Part shown: positions 42,732-55,101 of the stretch, piece by piece
Numbering within the stretch: position 1 is the stretch's first letter
Layout: the number at the start of each line of letters is the position of its first letter
Assembly: GCA_951406725.2 (NCBI GenBank)
Contig: OX597815.1
Span: 54,250,001 to 54,314,000 of the forward strand
Length of the DNA stretch: 64,000 bases
DNA from: Octopus vulgaris
Taxonomy: Eukaryota
Reading direction: 5' to 3'
The notes under the pieces: model-generated
What the model was told of the DNA's origin: nothing
Database searches by the model: none
The model's input: only the letters and a program-made list of their open reading frames with translations
Translations under genes and position numbers: made by a program

Positions 42732-43364
42732 TAATAAAAATACTAATAACAGTTTCTTATTTATATACAAGTCCTGCAGTAGAACTTAGTAGCTTTTGAT
42801 ACTAGTATTTGATTGTGGAGTATTTTATCCGAAAGTACGAAAAACAAAGTCTTATCTATCAGGACGGTATCTGAATTTTCAACGTGACGTTTCAAAACTC
42901 GTCAACACAAGTCATCCAAAAGATACTGATACTGCGTTGCTAACATTTACAATTACATCACATGCACAACCAAGTCGACAACTATGTACAATTAACGATG
43001 TTCTTCCATTGGTTTCTCCTCTTCTCACAACTCATTTTGCATTGTTCTCAGGCTTAGCATTAACCTTTTACATCCAATCCTTATTTCCCAGAGTATTGTC
43101 TCAGGAATTCCTTCTATAAACATTTATTTCTTTAGTTTCCGACCTGCAACTGTTTAAGAACAATTTTAAGAAACGTCACATAAATGTTACACAAAAATAT
43201 AAAATGCGTCATACGTAAACACACGAGAGATGAGTACAGCACGAAATAGGAAGTAGTAAATCAGTCGACAACTAACAAGTGTGTTACCTACTTTTGGTAT
43301 TTTGTCCTGTACTTGTCTCTCGTGTGTTTACGTATTTTTCACTCGTTGGTGATGTCCAGTACTT

Positions 43365-46225
43365 AATGATTTTGATTTTGATTTTTCTAGTTTCAGCTAA
43401 TGAGCTGTGGCCATGCTGGGGCACCGCCATTTGGTTTGCTACACGATTTTACCTCACGGATGCTTTTTAGCAAACGCCATCTGATGCATGAGAGAGTTCG
43501 ATGCAGCTGCCCTCATCTGCACCTCCTGCCGTGAAGTTGGTTCATCCGGGACACCTGACAGGAAGAGATCCAGTCCTACTTTAAAGACATCCGCATCTAC
43601 ACCATGCAGGTCCCTCAGGTTCTTCGGGAGGATATTGAAGAGCTGTGGGCCTCTGAAGCCCAGGCTGTCACAGTATCTTGTCCTACATCTTGATGGCAAA
43701 TTTGGAGTCCTTGGTACTACGCAGTGGCGTCCGGTTCTGGCATTTGTGTGACTCTCGATGCCAAAGTTTGGGACAAGTCCTTCCAGGATCTTCCAGATAT
43801 ATATTATGGCATATCTTTCTCGCCTACGCTCCAGGGAATAGAGCTTTAATATCTTGAGTCTTTCCCAGTAGCTCATATGCTGCACAGAGGCTATCTTCTT
43901 CGTGTAGCTTCGTTGGATCACCTCAAGTTCTGTGATCAACTTGACACTGGATGGTGACCATAGCTGAGAGCAATAGTCAAAGTGGCTTAGGACAAGTGTC
44001 TTCCAGAGGACCATCATGGTTTCTTGTTCTCTTGTTCTAAAGGTTCTAAGAATCCATCCAGCCAGCCGTCTACATTTCATTGTCAGTTTAGCAACATGTA
44101 CATGAAAGGTCGCGTCATCGCTCATGTGAATACCCAGGTCACGCACTGATTGTGCCTCTGCGATTGCAATCCCTCCGGGTCCAGTGTATTCATTGAGTAT
44201 TGCATTCAGTTTTGCATGCTGATAGTATAAAGCTTGAAACTTTTCAGCATTGAACTGCATGCTATTCTTTTCAGCCCACTTGTATATTTCGTCCAGCTCA
44301 CATTGCAGGTGCTTAATGTCTTCAGGGTTCTGTATTGCCTGTGAAACTTTAATATTGTCTGCATAACTTGTGATCGTGGATCTCTGCGTGGCTGAAGGCA
44401 TGTCTGAGAGGGCCATTATGAACAGTAGTGGTCCCAAAACAGTGCCCTGCGGAACACCGCTCACTATTTGCGTGTTAATGGAAGTGGCCCCATTGGCTGC
44501 TACCACCTGGCTTCTATTCTTCAGAAAGTCATGAAGCCATTCTCCCAATTTTCCAACTATGCCAAGATCACGCAGTTTGTGACATATCATTCCGTGATCG
44601 ACTTTATCAAAGGCATTTGCAAAGTCGAGATATATGACTTCCACATTTGAGTGGTTGAGCAGTTGTTTCAGCACCCAGTCATAGTGTTGTAGGAGCTGAG
44701 TTAAGCAGCTTCTTCCTGGTCGGAAACCATGTTGGGTGTCAGGCAGCCAGTCATTTTCTTCAAGGAAGGTGATTAGTTTCCTTCTGACTATTCGTCCCAT
44801 GACCTTGCTGATGTGTGAGGTGAGAGAGATAGGTCTGTAGTTCTTGGCCTCCGCTCTGCTACCTCCTTTATGAATAGGGCATATTTTACCTTCCTTCAGT
44901 TTTCTTGGGAGTTTGCCAGCTGCAAGGAAGCTCTGAAAGAGGAACTGCAGTGGTCTTGCTAGGACTCTCTTATATACTTTTAGGAGGATTGCCGGGAATC
45001 CATCGGGGCCAATAGCTGAGTCTGTTTTCATTTCATCTATAGCCTTTATTGCATCGTCTTCCTTTATATCGATGTAATTTATCGTCGCCGCCTCTGATTT
45101 TATATGCAGTGGTAAAGAAGTCAGTTGGATTGCTGATTTGGAAATGCCCAAGGGGTGGAGTGAAAACACTCTTGAATTGCTCATTCAGTATTTCACTTAC
45201 CCTCATTGGTTTTCCTGTGAGTGTGCCATCCATTTCAAGGAGTGGCCCTATCCTACAGTGCACCGTAGCTGTTTCTTTGGCATACCTGTAGAAAGCTCTG
45301 GGGTTAGTTTTTATGTTGTCTATAGCCCAGGCTTCTTTGTCTGCTCTTTCCTTTTCATGGGAGAGTTGCAGACATCTTTCTATTTCCAACAGTTTTATTT
45401 TCAGGCGGGACTTTTCACTGCTTTCAATTTGTTTGTTTAGGCGATTTGAAATTTTTGTATGCCGTCTCATTAAAATTTTCCTCTCCCTGGGGATTTTGTT
45501 CTTGTGTACAGTGGCCTTTCTCTCTGAGACACATTTGTAGCATATGGCTTGCATTACAGACATGAATTGTTGAAGTCTCATGTCGATGTCCGGCGAGGAG
45601 AGACATTCAGGCCAGTTTTGTTTGAGGATCTCTTTCTCAATTTGTTTCCAGTTTGCCTTATTGAAGTTCAAGCTGGAAAGATTCTGAGAGCTTCTTGTAG
45701 GCTGTATGTCCATGCTTTCCTTTGGCCCGTACATAGTCAGCTCTACCATGTTGTGATCCGAGAGTAATGTCGGTGTCACTTTCACATTAAGGATGAGATC
45801 CATATTATTTGTGAAGCAGAGGTCCAGTGTGTTACCTGCCCTGGTTGGTTGGAGTATTACTTGCTCCATGTACAGGGTGTTGATGAGGTTCAGGAGGGAC
45901 CTCGCCTGTCCCCGTTCACCTCGTGTCATTCCTGGGAGAGAAAGGCCCTCGGGTCATCTGACATTGGGTAAGTTGAAGTCTCCCATGAGAAGTACACTTA
46001 TGTGCTGTTCTAGTGTGACTAGAATTTCTTCTATTTTTATAAGGCAGTCTTCAAACTTACCCATATGGCTTGGGGCATCTGAAGGGCGATATGTAGCACA
46101 CACAACTACACCAAGTTGCCTTACATGTACAATTAGTGTGTCACACACCGAGTTTGAGTATGACAAAAGGACCTGGGGTGTGAGGTCCTCACGGATGTAC
46201 ATAGCAACTCCTCCATGACTCCTTT
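43365..46225 (-). mobile_element. Near-complete CR1-group LINE ORF2 (APE + RT) with intact 3' end; inactive
   Basis: GGVAMY, YRPSD, GDFNLP, PTRAGNTLDL, SDHN, NYRPISLTS, QHGF, YLDFANAFDKV, GVPQGTVLGP, YADN (D>N); stop at 45954-45956 and one frameshift near 45100; short (AAAATC)n tail. Confidence 0.95.
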
Positions 46226-46296
46226 CTTTTCTAATGTGTACTTTTAATTATTTATTTATAATCGAACGCCACGCAGCCTTGTCCACAGTAAGTTCT

Positions 46297-46332
<36 letters not shown>

Positions 46333-46344
46333 TATAGATATAGA

Positions 46345-48727
46345 TAAGAAAGTTGGCTTGTGAAAGCACGTGGTTGAATATATAGAAAATAGTAAAAAAT
46401 GAAAAAACTACAGAAGGCTCGTTTTAAAAGGTTAAAAAATATATATTTTTAGATTTGATCTTGAATTTCTGTCCCTCTTTGAAGAGGAATTCTGATCCTT
46501 CTAGCAGGTTAGGACATGTTGCACAGTTCGATCTACCACATTTTTTTACTTTTGCATCCGTAATTTCAGAAAACAATTTTGCCTTTGTGAGAATCTTTTT
46601 AAGTGATTTATGTTGATTGTAGCTTTTAATGATTTGGTGTATGTTTAGAATTTCCTTTAATTTGGGGTCCTTATGAAGTATTGGTAAATTCTGGGTGATG
46701 ATGGTGAAGGATTCTTTGTTTCTGGGGTTATATGTAGATATGTAAGGTAGTATTTTGTGTTGAACTTTTCTTAAAGTTTCTATGTTGATTTCTGTTGCAC
46801 GTCTGATCCCATCCTCTATGAGTTGAGCTGGGTTATGTCTGTCAATTAGGGTGTTTTTGAGTTCTTGCAGTCTAAAGTTCCTGGTATTTTGTTCTGACAC
46901 TAGTGTGCATATCCTTCTAGCAAGGTTGAAGGGGATGTTTGTTTTAGTGTGTTTTGGGTGGCATGAATTAAAAAGGTATTGTTTGGCGTCTGTGGCTTTG
47001 TAAAAAATGTCTGTTTCTATTTTAAGGTTAATTTTTTTTTAATTAGTATATCCAAGAACGGGAGCTCCTTTTGGTTGTATTCCATTGTGAACTGTATATT
47101 TGGGTTTATGCTGTTCAATAGGTTTTTAAATTTTAGGAGTTTATCTGTGTTTTCATTCCAGAGTATAAATCAATCGTCTAGGAATCGTTTCCAATTCTCT
47201 TCTATCTATTGAGAGAGGGGGTTTCCAAAGATTGATAAAGATTCCTGGTAAATGATTATTTTCAGGTAGCCCACTGTTAGGTTCGCAATGACTGGTGCTG
47301 CCCTTGCACCCATAGCAATTCCGGATTTTTGACGGTAAAATGTATTGTCAAACATGAAGTGGTTATTATGTAGGATGAATTCAATTGATTTAGTAATGAA
47401 TTCTTTACTGATCCTTTTTGGTATTTCTTCCGGAAATTGGTCCAACCAGAACTGTATTGCCTCTAGTCCATAATTATGAGGTATACTGGTATATAAGTTA
47501 ACTACATCAAATGAAACCAGGATTGTTTCTTCCTTGGCTTTTCTGGAAGGTGGTTTAACATATCTAAGTCATCTCTGATATGGCTATCGATATGTTTAAG
47601 GAAGGGTTTCAGGAGGATGTCCATAAATAGACTTAGTCTGTGTGTTTCACAGGTTGGGCCAGCTACAATGGGTCGTAGTTTTAGGTCCCCCGGGTTAGGT
47701 GTGTGTATGTATGTCTTTGGTGATTTTTTAATGGTTTCATTTATAATTTGGCTTTTATGAATTTTGGCAGACCATAGAAAAGGCTAGGTTTGCATTTAAA
47801 GTTTGTTAGAAAATCAATCTCTTTGGTTGTTAGTTCCTTTTCATGGGTTTTAATTAGTGAAGATAGAGTTTTCATTATTTTTTGTGGGGTGTAGTTGGTA
47901 ATTTTTTCATAATGTAGGTTGTCATCAAGCAAGGAAATTACAAGATTTCTATAGTATGATGTATCCATTATTACAACTGCATTTCCCTTGTCTGCTTCCT
48001 TAATGGTTATATCCTCATCATTTTGAAGTTCTATCAGTTCCTTCCATTGTGTAGTGTTAAAATTTGAGTCAACTTTCTGTTAAGAGGGACAGAAATTCAA
48101 GATCAAATCTAACTTTACTTGTGCCTCTGAAAACATAATTTATGTCATAAAATGCTCGGGCTGCCACCAAGACTACGTGGGATCCACGGGACTATCACTC
48201 AGACGTAGATGCACACTGCATCGACAACAGATTGCATTCCCAGAATACAGAATGATACCTTTTAGTGAGCACATTGAGAAATGCACAAAGCAACTACTAC
48301 CACAATTTTTAATCTTTCCATTTTACCAATGTGCTATCGGATCATCAACACAAATTAGACTAAACAAGGAAACATTCTTCATTGAAAAGTACAAGCCCAG
48401 ACTTAACCATTCCAACATACTGATACAGAGAAATTCACACGAAGAGAAAGGCAAAAAATTTTAAGCGATTATCTCCCTTACACCGGAAGAAATCACTCAT
48501 TACCTCCCCTTATTTAGAACTCTTTTCAACATAAACATAACGATAACTCTGCTCAACATAAACATAACGACGTAAGAAATTTGAAAAGCTAAACGTGAAA
48601 CCGGTCTTTCTTCTAAACTATTTCATTGTAATAAAAAAATTTATAATATTCTTCAGACATATTGACTCAAATATATATTTTTTAACCTTTTAAAACAAGC
48701 CTTCTGTAGTTTTTTCACTTTTTACTA
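46345..48727 (-). mobile_element. Penelope-like element (Neptune-type linker): RT on the minus strand plus inverted GIY-YIG arm
   Basis: IKEADKGNAVVIMD, RPIVAG, SFDVVNLYTSIP, GIAMG, RFLDD, LPFLDI, CGRSNCATC; plus-strand 48082-48727 carries IYVIKC..C..YVGST..R..H..E..LN; (TA)n on both flanks. Confidence 0.93.
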
Positions 48728-48742
48728 TATATATATATATAT

Positions 48743-48972
48743 AGGCGGCGAGCTGGCAGAAACGTTAGCACGCTGGGCGAAATGCGTAGCCGTATTTCGT
48801 CTGCCGTTACGTTCTGAGTTCAAATTCCGTCGAGGTCGACTTTGCCTTTCATCCTTTCGGGGTCGATAAATTAAGTACCAGTTACGCACTGGGATCGATA
48901 TAATCGACTTAATCCGTTTGTCTGTCCTTGTTTGTCCCCTCTGTGTTTAGCCCCTTGTGGGTAGTAAAGAAA
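48743..48972 (+). mobile_element. SINE family B with alternative 3' tail
   Basis: A box TGGCAGAAACG, B box GAGTTCAAATTCC, Meta-domain-like gcctttcatcctttcggggtcgataaattaagtaccag. Confidence 0.92.
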
Positions 48973-49024
48973 TATATATATATATAAATTGTATATGGGA
49001 ATTTGTATGTATGAATGTATGCGT

Positions 49025-49300
49025 TTAGATAGATAGGTAGGTAGGTAGTAAGGTAGGCATGCATGCAGGCAGGCAGGCAGGCAGGTAGGTAGGTAGGTAG
49101 GTAGGTAGGTAGGTAGGTAGGTAGGTAGGTAGGTAGGTAGTAGGTGGTTTTGTAGATAGGCAGGTAGGCTAGAAGGTAAGTAGGTTGATAGGTAGAGAAG
49201 CAGACAGGTAGGTAGGTAGGTAGGTAGGTAGGTAGGTAGGTAGGTAGGTCGGTAGGTAGGCAGGCAGGTAGGCAGGCAGGTACGCAGGCATGCAGGTAGA
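49025..49300. repeat. (TAGG)n/(CAGG)n microsatellite
   Basis: Direct reading. Confidence 0.96.
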
Positions 49301-50691
49301 TATAAGCAAAAATTAGATACGAGTATATGATAAACAATAGCAAACAACTTATTCTTGATTTATTGCAATTATCTTCCCTTCTTCGAGAATATAATAGCAT
49401 AACTTGTGGCAGTTGTGGTCAACATGGAGTAGGGGAGAAGATATATATTCGAAACGTCTTGTCACACCATCCGAACAACTTTTAACGGTGTCTTTCAATA
49501 ATTTCATAAGTACTTCATAAACTGTTTAATCCTTATCTCAACAGGAATCTTTCCTAAACATAAAAAGCACAAAACGGGGATTTCAGCATCCAAGAAAATA
49601 ACTTCTAATGAAATAAAGATAAAAAAAACTATTTTAAAGACCCATGCATGTCCTTTATCACTGAGGGAACATTTTGTTTCTTAATATCCCCTATTATTTT
49701 CTTTGCAGAAAGAGATTTAATGAAATGGAGACATTATACTGTGTGACACATAAAAAGTCTCTCGTCTTTGAAACATTTCGACATTAATACTTCTACAATT
49801 GTTAAAACAAAGCCTGTTATCTTGTAAAACATGAGTCATTTATAAACACTTCTCCATCCCATTAATTCTTCATGTTTAATATCCGCTAGTTCAGAAGTTT
49901 CTTCAAACAGGTGTGGTAAGCTAATTACATCCCTCGTACACTTTATTCTATATAATGATGAACGACTCACTTTTGTTTCTAACCATGCACACTCTCCCAT
50001 CCAGCTGTTATCACATGTCACATCCCTTCAGTTTCCTGCACACAAGTTTCATCTCAATACAGCCTGAACAATTCTTGTAAGACTTGCAGTAAATATAGTT
50101 CTTATCGTCCTCATAGAAGGAAGACAAGATTAGTTTGTCCTCTTCAATGGAGCCAAAGAGCAGCAAACAGCCCTTACCCTCCCTTTTGATTATGAAAACA
50201 TAATATATCCAATCTTACTGGATGAACGACGAAGGTCATTCGATTTGTAAGGCAACTAAATTTCTTTCTCTAATCATACTTCTTAAATATAAGATAAACA
50301 AAACATTGTGATGACTGATTTATGGGCAGGTCACGGCCAGAACGCCCTATGAAAATCTTTGCTCAGTGTTGACCTGCATATAAAACAAAAGCTATCGCAA
50401 TTTATATCTTCTCAGTCATCACAATCGTCTTGCTCCTCCTTATTATCATGATCAGCGTTGTGGCCATCATCCTCCACGCCATCACCACACGCACCAGAAG
50501 CGGCAGCAGAAGCAACAATGATAGCAATAAAGGCATCTTCACGAAAGCAACAGCAACAATATCAAAATAAACAGAAAGAGAAAATGCTATTCGTTATTCT
50601 ATATTCCGATTTGCTGACGTTGTCAGTGGCACCGGTCATTAAATAATAATGTCTTCTTGAGATGTCAACTTATAACTGAAATCATTAATAT

Positions 50692-50812
50692 GGAAGAAGA
50701 AGAAGAAGAAGAAGAAGAAGAAGAAGAAGAAGAAGAAGAAGAAGAAGAAGAAGAAGAAGAAGAAGAAGAAGAAGAAGAAGAAGAAGAAGAAGAAGAAGAA
50801 GAAGAAGAAGAA
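50692..50812. repeat. (AAG)n microsatellite
   Basis: About 40 perfect units. Confidence 0.98.
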
Positions 50813-50939
50813 TGGTTTCTTTATTAAACATTAAGTTTTCATAAATAGATGGAGAACGATAGGACAAAATACTGCAACATATGCGGGGTTACATAAAAGC
50901 GATTAAGCAGTAAAATAAAAGAAAGAAATTGAAAAGAAT

Positions 50940-52400
50940 TCAAACAAGAAATAATTCACGAAAATGGAACAGGCTTCCGATGTCTACACCTGGAAACCTT
51001 CCAAAACCATGATTACTCTGACGACAAGGGAAAGTGACCGACCTTTCTCGGAAAGATTTACCGAACTCGTATCTGTTCTTCCCCATTTGGAGATCCGGAA
51101 GAAACCAAACTCCGAGCAAAATGACTGGTCGATTTCTCCAGCAACCCACAATGCTCTTATATGACTTTTCTTGATTGATTTTTGCTTCTGTCATCACCTT
51201 GTACTCCGTGAGGGTGACGACAACCTCACTATGACTAATGTCCAACACTATTACAGTGACCTTGTCCGCACAACCGACTCAGTTCTTCCACATCCTTGTG
51301 AGCGCTTGGTGTCCCTTAACGTCTCTAGTTTCCGAAGTGATGACTAAAAATCAGTACATATAGAAGAGATGGGACAACCTTGATGAGCCAAGCACATATT
51401 ACTGAATAGATCTGATACACGGTCATTAACCTTAACCATCAAACAGATGTCTCCCAACATCCAACTGCGGAAGACGGGACCAAAATCGGCCGCCGTGAGA
51501 GTAGTTCAGCAGGTATTACAGGTCGACTCTATCAAAAAAAAAAAAGCCGAGCCGCAACATTACCGACTTTCTTACCCAATCTCTCTATGATGTGTCAGAG
51601 GCAAGGGTGAATGCCATGGATAGATTTTCTATCATTAATCAGGCAATTTGCTAATACTTTGGTCAAAACTTTAACAGTTTAACAGTTATGGGCTTGTAGA
51701 CCGTCGAGGCTCTGAAATCCATCCAGCACTCTAGCAATCTACTCGTTTTGAACAGGGAAGCAAAATTCTGAGGAAACTACAATTTGTTACTGACAATTGC
51801 CTTCGTCAATTCCTGTCTACTATTTCATTAGAGTGAAGCTTTCAGCTTCCAGTTACCAATGAAGTCTATCTCGCTCCACCGCACTGCTCACAAATTCGTG
51901 ATTTGTAAAGTCGACGATTTTAAAATAACAACCTATAATAACATTATCTAATGCCCTACAAAATACTCTATCTTGATACGATCTGAACGACCCGATGCGG
52001 TTTAACTATGTTCCCGTTGGTACATACAGGAAATCTACTCGTTGCATGTTAGATAGTTGGAGACTTCTGACCAGGTTGGTGACGACTTTTGTACTTCCTT
52101 CCTTTCTCAACTAGCTGCACACAATACCACATGTCGTCCAAGATTAAGCTTTAGTTGTCCACCTGCACTAATATACAGTACGTTCCTTGGGAAACCTGCA
52201 GACGCTTGAAGTAGTCTAACTCCTCTGGGCTTTGGTACATAAAAAGTTACAAGTATGAAGGTACATTTTCACAACTGTTCACAATCAAAACTGCTGACTT
52301 CTGGGTCCAAAAAGACGGTCTGTCGTACCGCCGTCCAGATACACCAAATGCGCATGAAGACTTGTGAGTCGGAAACTCTGGTCAGGTTGATAGTTATCCT
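50940..52400 (-). mobile_element. Old L1/Tx1-like LINE relic (APE + RT)
   Basis: Decayed FILVTFYVP, SYQDRVF, GNWKLKAS, FDRVD, CADKVTVIV (YADD region), AKINQEKS and LLGVWFLPDLQ in order. Confidence 0.7.
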
Positions 52401-53307
52401 ACTCGTATATAGTGACCTTTATTTCTTTGTTTCAAACCGTATTTTAGATAATATTAAATAAAATAACGTGCATACAAAACAGCACGATTGCTGCATTAGA
52501 GTAACTGGACAAAAACCTCGAGAAGAAACACAATGCATGAACCCCACCAAGATAAATGAAAAGGTTATACCTGGTTATGTTTCCAGCAGACGTGATAATG
52601 ATGCTAATATCGATAGAAAGTTTAGCGTTAGTTTGATTCATGACCGTTATATGTATCACATGACCGTTATATGTATCACTCTTTGCATGAACACACTCCC
52701 TCTACATAACTCTATGTCCCTCTACATGGCCTTGCTTTTTGCTTTTTGACCCAAAAAATGAACTTAACTTAACATTTTTAAAGTTTTACATCTGCAACAT
52801 ATTGAACAGAAAATAAAATTTAAGCGCTTAAAACTCAAGATAGGAAAAATTCCACATTTCTGAGGAAGATATTGCACACATGATCTGTAGCTGTCCAAAA
52901 ATGTTATTAAAGTACTGCCTTCCAAAACAGTTTGATGATGCTAATACAATATACTTAGTGCTATGAGTAGGAAAATCTGTAGCGTTATAAATATTGAGAA
53001 TATTTCTGTTGATTGATGTATGGAATATTACTGGAATCTCCGTCATGTGCAAACATTTTCATCTTGGCACACTAGTTTACGAGAAGACAAAACATTTTGT
53101 GGAGTTATAGAGATTAGCTGTCCTGAAAAGAAAAGATTCTTTTTAAAACATTCGGAGAAAGGTAATATTTACGGAGATTTACTCTGTTGCTGTAGTTTCG
53201 TTATATTATAAATATACATACCTGTATAATCTTGCATTTGGCACTGTTAGTGGCTATCTAAGTGGCAATCTCAAAAAGTTCTCAGGTGAAGAAAGAAACT
53301 AACATAT

Positions 53308-54305
53308 TGTTGTGGTTCAACTTGAGGACAGTTGATTGCGACCTACTTTTGGCAATGAATCCATTGTTCCGCCAGATGCGGGTTGATTAATTAGCTCTGG
53401 GGAAACTCCCCGACCCTTTCAGGTGAATTAGAGTTCAGTTTGTGAGAGACAGTGAGAGAAATGTTGAGGGGCTGAGGAAGACAGATTAAGGAACTGAGGG
53501 AGTTCCAGCAGAGAGATTGGGGTAGTGACAAGGCAGTCGAGGACAGAGCAAGTGAGAGAGACAGTCAGGATTTAGTATTCAAGGCAAGCAGTTGGCAGTT
53601 GGATTTAGCAGTCGGCAGTTTGGATTTTAGCAGTTGGTTTGTTCTGCTGTGACAGAGAGAGATATACAGAGGATTGGGCAGCTGATAGAGAGGAACTACA
53701 ATATGAGGCATTGGCTGATGTAACGGTACGTGAATTGTTGTATTGATATGTGAATTGAGTAAAGGGCTTGTCGATGTGTTATAAAGGCTGGAAAAGAAAT
53801 CAGACAGTAAAAAGAACAATGTGAACTGTGTTGATATGTGTTACAGAACTGTTAAAGAAAGAGAGAAAAAGAAAGGCTCTGTTGTAGTCTGAAAAGAATT
53901 TAATGAACATTGAACTGTATATGCCTTTAATGTCCTTTGAAATGTAACGTTAATTTGATTTGAAACAGAACTGTTGTCTCCGGACTGTCTATTGGATCTG
54001 CATGTTTAAATGCTTTGAGCTGTTGTTATTGCATTTGATGTGTTGTTACTTGCATGTATTTCCTCTTTGATGTGTCTGATATGTATTTGATGTTGTAACA
54101 ATTATAAAGTGTTATAAACTAGTACGTTAAATGTAGGCCAATTGCCTTCCGCTGTGTTTCCTTGTGCCTCTGTGTCTCTTCCTGCTGCTGTTGTCGTAGT
54201 TGTTGTATCTCTCTCCTCTCTGAGTTCCGTGGCGAACATTCGCCGATCGTTCGGGCCTGTGTGAGGGATTCCGTAACAGCTTTCTTCGTTGGGGGTCCCG
54301 TAACA
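53308..54305. mobile_element. Solo LTR (998 bp)
   Basis: Begins TGTTGTGG, ends CCGTAACA (imperfect terminal inverted repeat); ATAT direct repeat at 53304-53307 and 54306-54309; composition distinct from flanks. Confidence 0.75.
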
Positions 54306-55025
54306 ATATATTTTGCAGATTCTGTCCGAAAGTGGAATAGTGAAATATGATCACTTCAAAATGTAACTCTACTGTAATGCAACCTCTAAATACGGAGTTC
54401 TTTCTTTGTTAATAACAAGTTTTAATTTATAAGTAAAGAAACCATTAGTAAAAGTCGAATATATCATACATACATACATACATACATACATACATACATA
54501 CGTTATGCCTTTGACTAAGTTCATTTGCGCCTATCTACATTATAGAACCAAGCATGTATTTATGCTTACTAACAAATTATTTTTTCCTGTACAGTGCTTT
54601 TCTAAGACAGTTTCTTTCCTCTTTATCTATTTCTGTTCGACGACTATTTTATAGTGTGCGTCAACAGGTGCTAAATAGTATGTGGCTAACAGTTCATCAG
54701 CACCTGACAAGGGGAACTGTCATCGAAAGGTGACATGTGATAAATAATCCTTATTATATTTATGTTTTTTTATACTTGAAGGTCTTCTTTCCCGAGTGAA
54801 TAATTCGTAAAGAGAAATTAATTGCACTGCCTACCCATTGAGTCGTTTGTACACCCCACTGATGAAACATTTTCTTTTTCTTTTTGCTTAGATGAACTAA
54901 AATTGTACTGCCGATATTAACGTGATATGTACCATATAGCGTATGACAAAATATTCAATCATTCAAACCAATTTCACTCTCCTAATAAAGCACTCTAAAG
55001 AAGGTGTTCTTCTTTGCTTTTCTAA

Positions 55026-55101
55026 GACGCCGCCACCAATGCGATCGAACCTAGGATTTTGCGGTGGCAGAGTGAATTTCTTAATCACTCTACCACACTG
55101 C
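55026..55101 (-). mobile_element. Old tRNA-like SINE head
   Basis: Minus strand TGGTAGAGTGATT (A-box-like) and GGTTCGATCGC (B-box-like); no good acceptor stem. Confidence 0.5.

Noticed and set aside
43488-46218. Plus-strand ORFs overlapping the CR1 LINE
   Set aside because: Antisense shadows of the RT/APE frame.
52639-52678. 20 bp tandem duplication catgaccgttatatgtatca
   Set aside because: Ordinary two-copy slippage duplication.
54665-54706. Minus-strand CTGATGA within a CAGGTGC/GCACCTG stem as hammerhead or C/D snoRNA
   Set aside because: No correctly placed GAAA/stem III, no D box, and too short.
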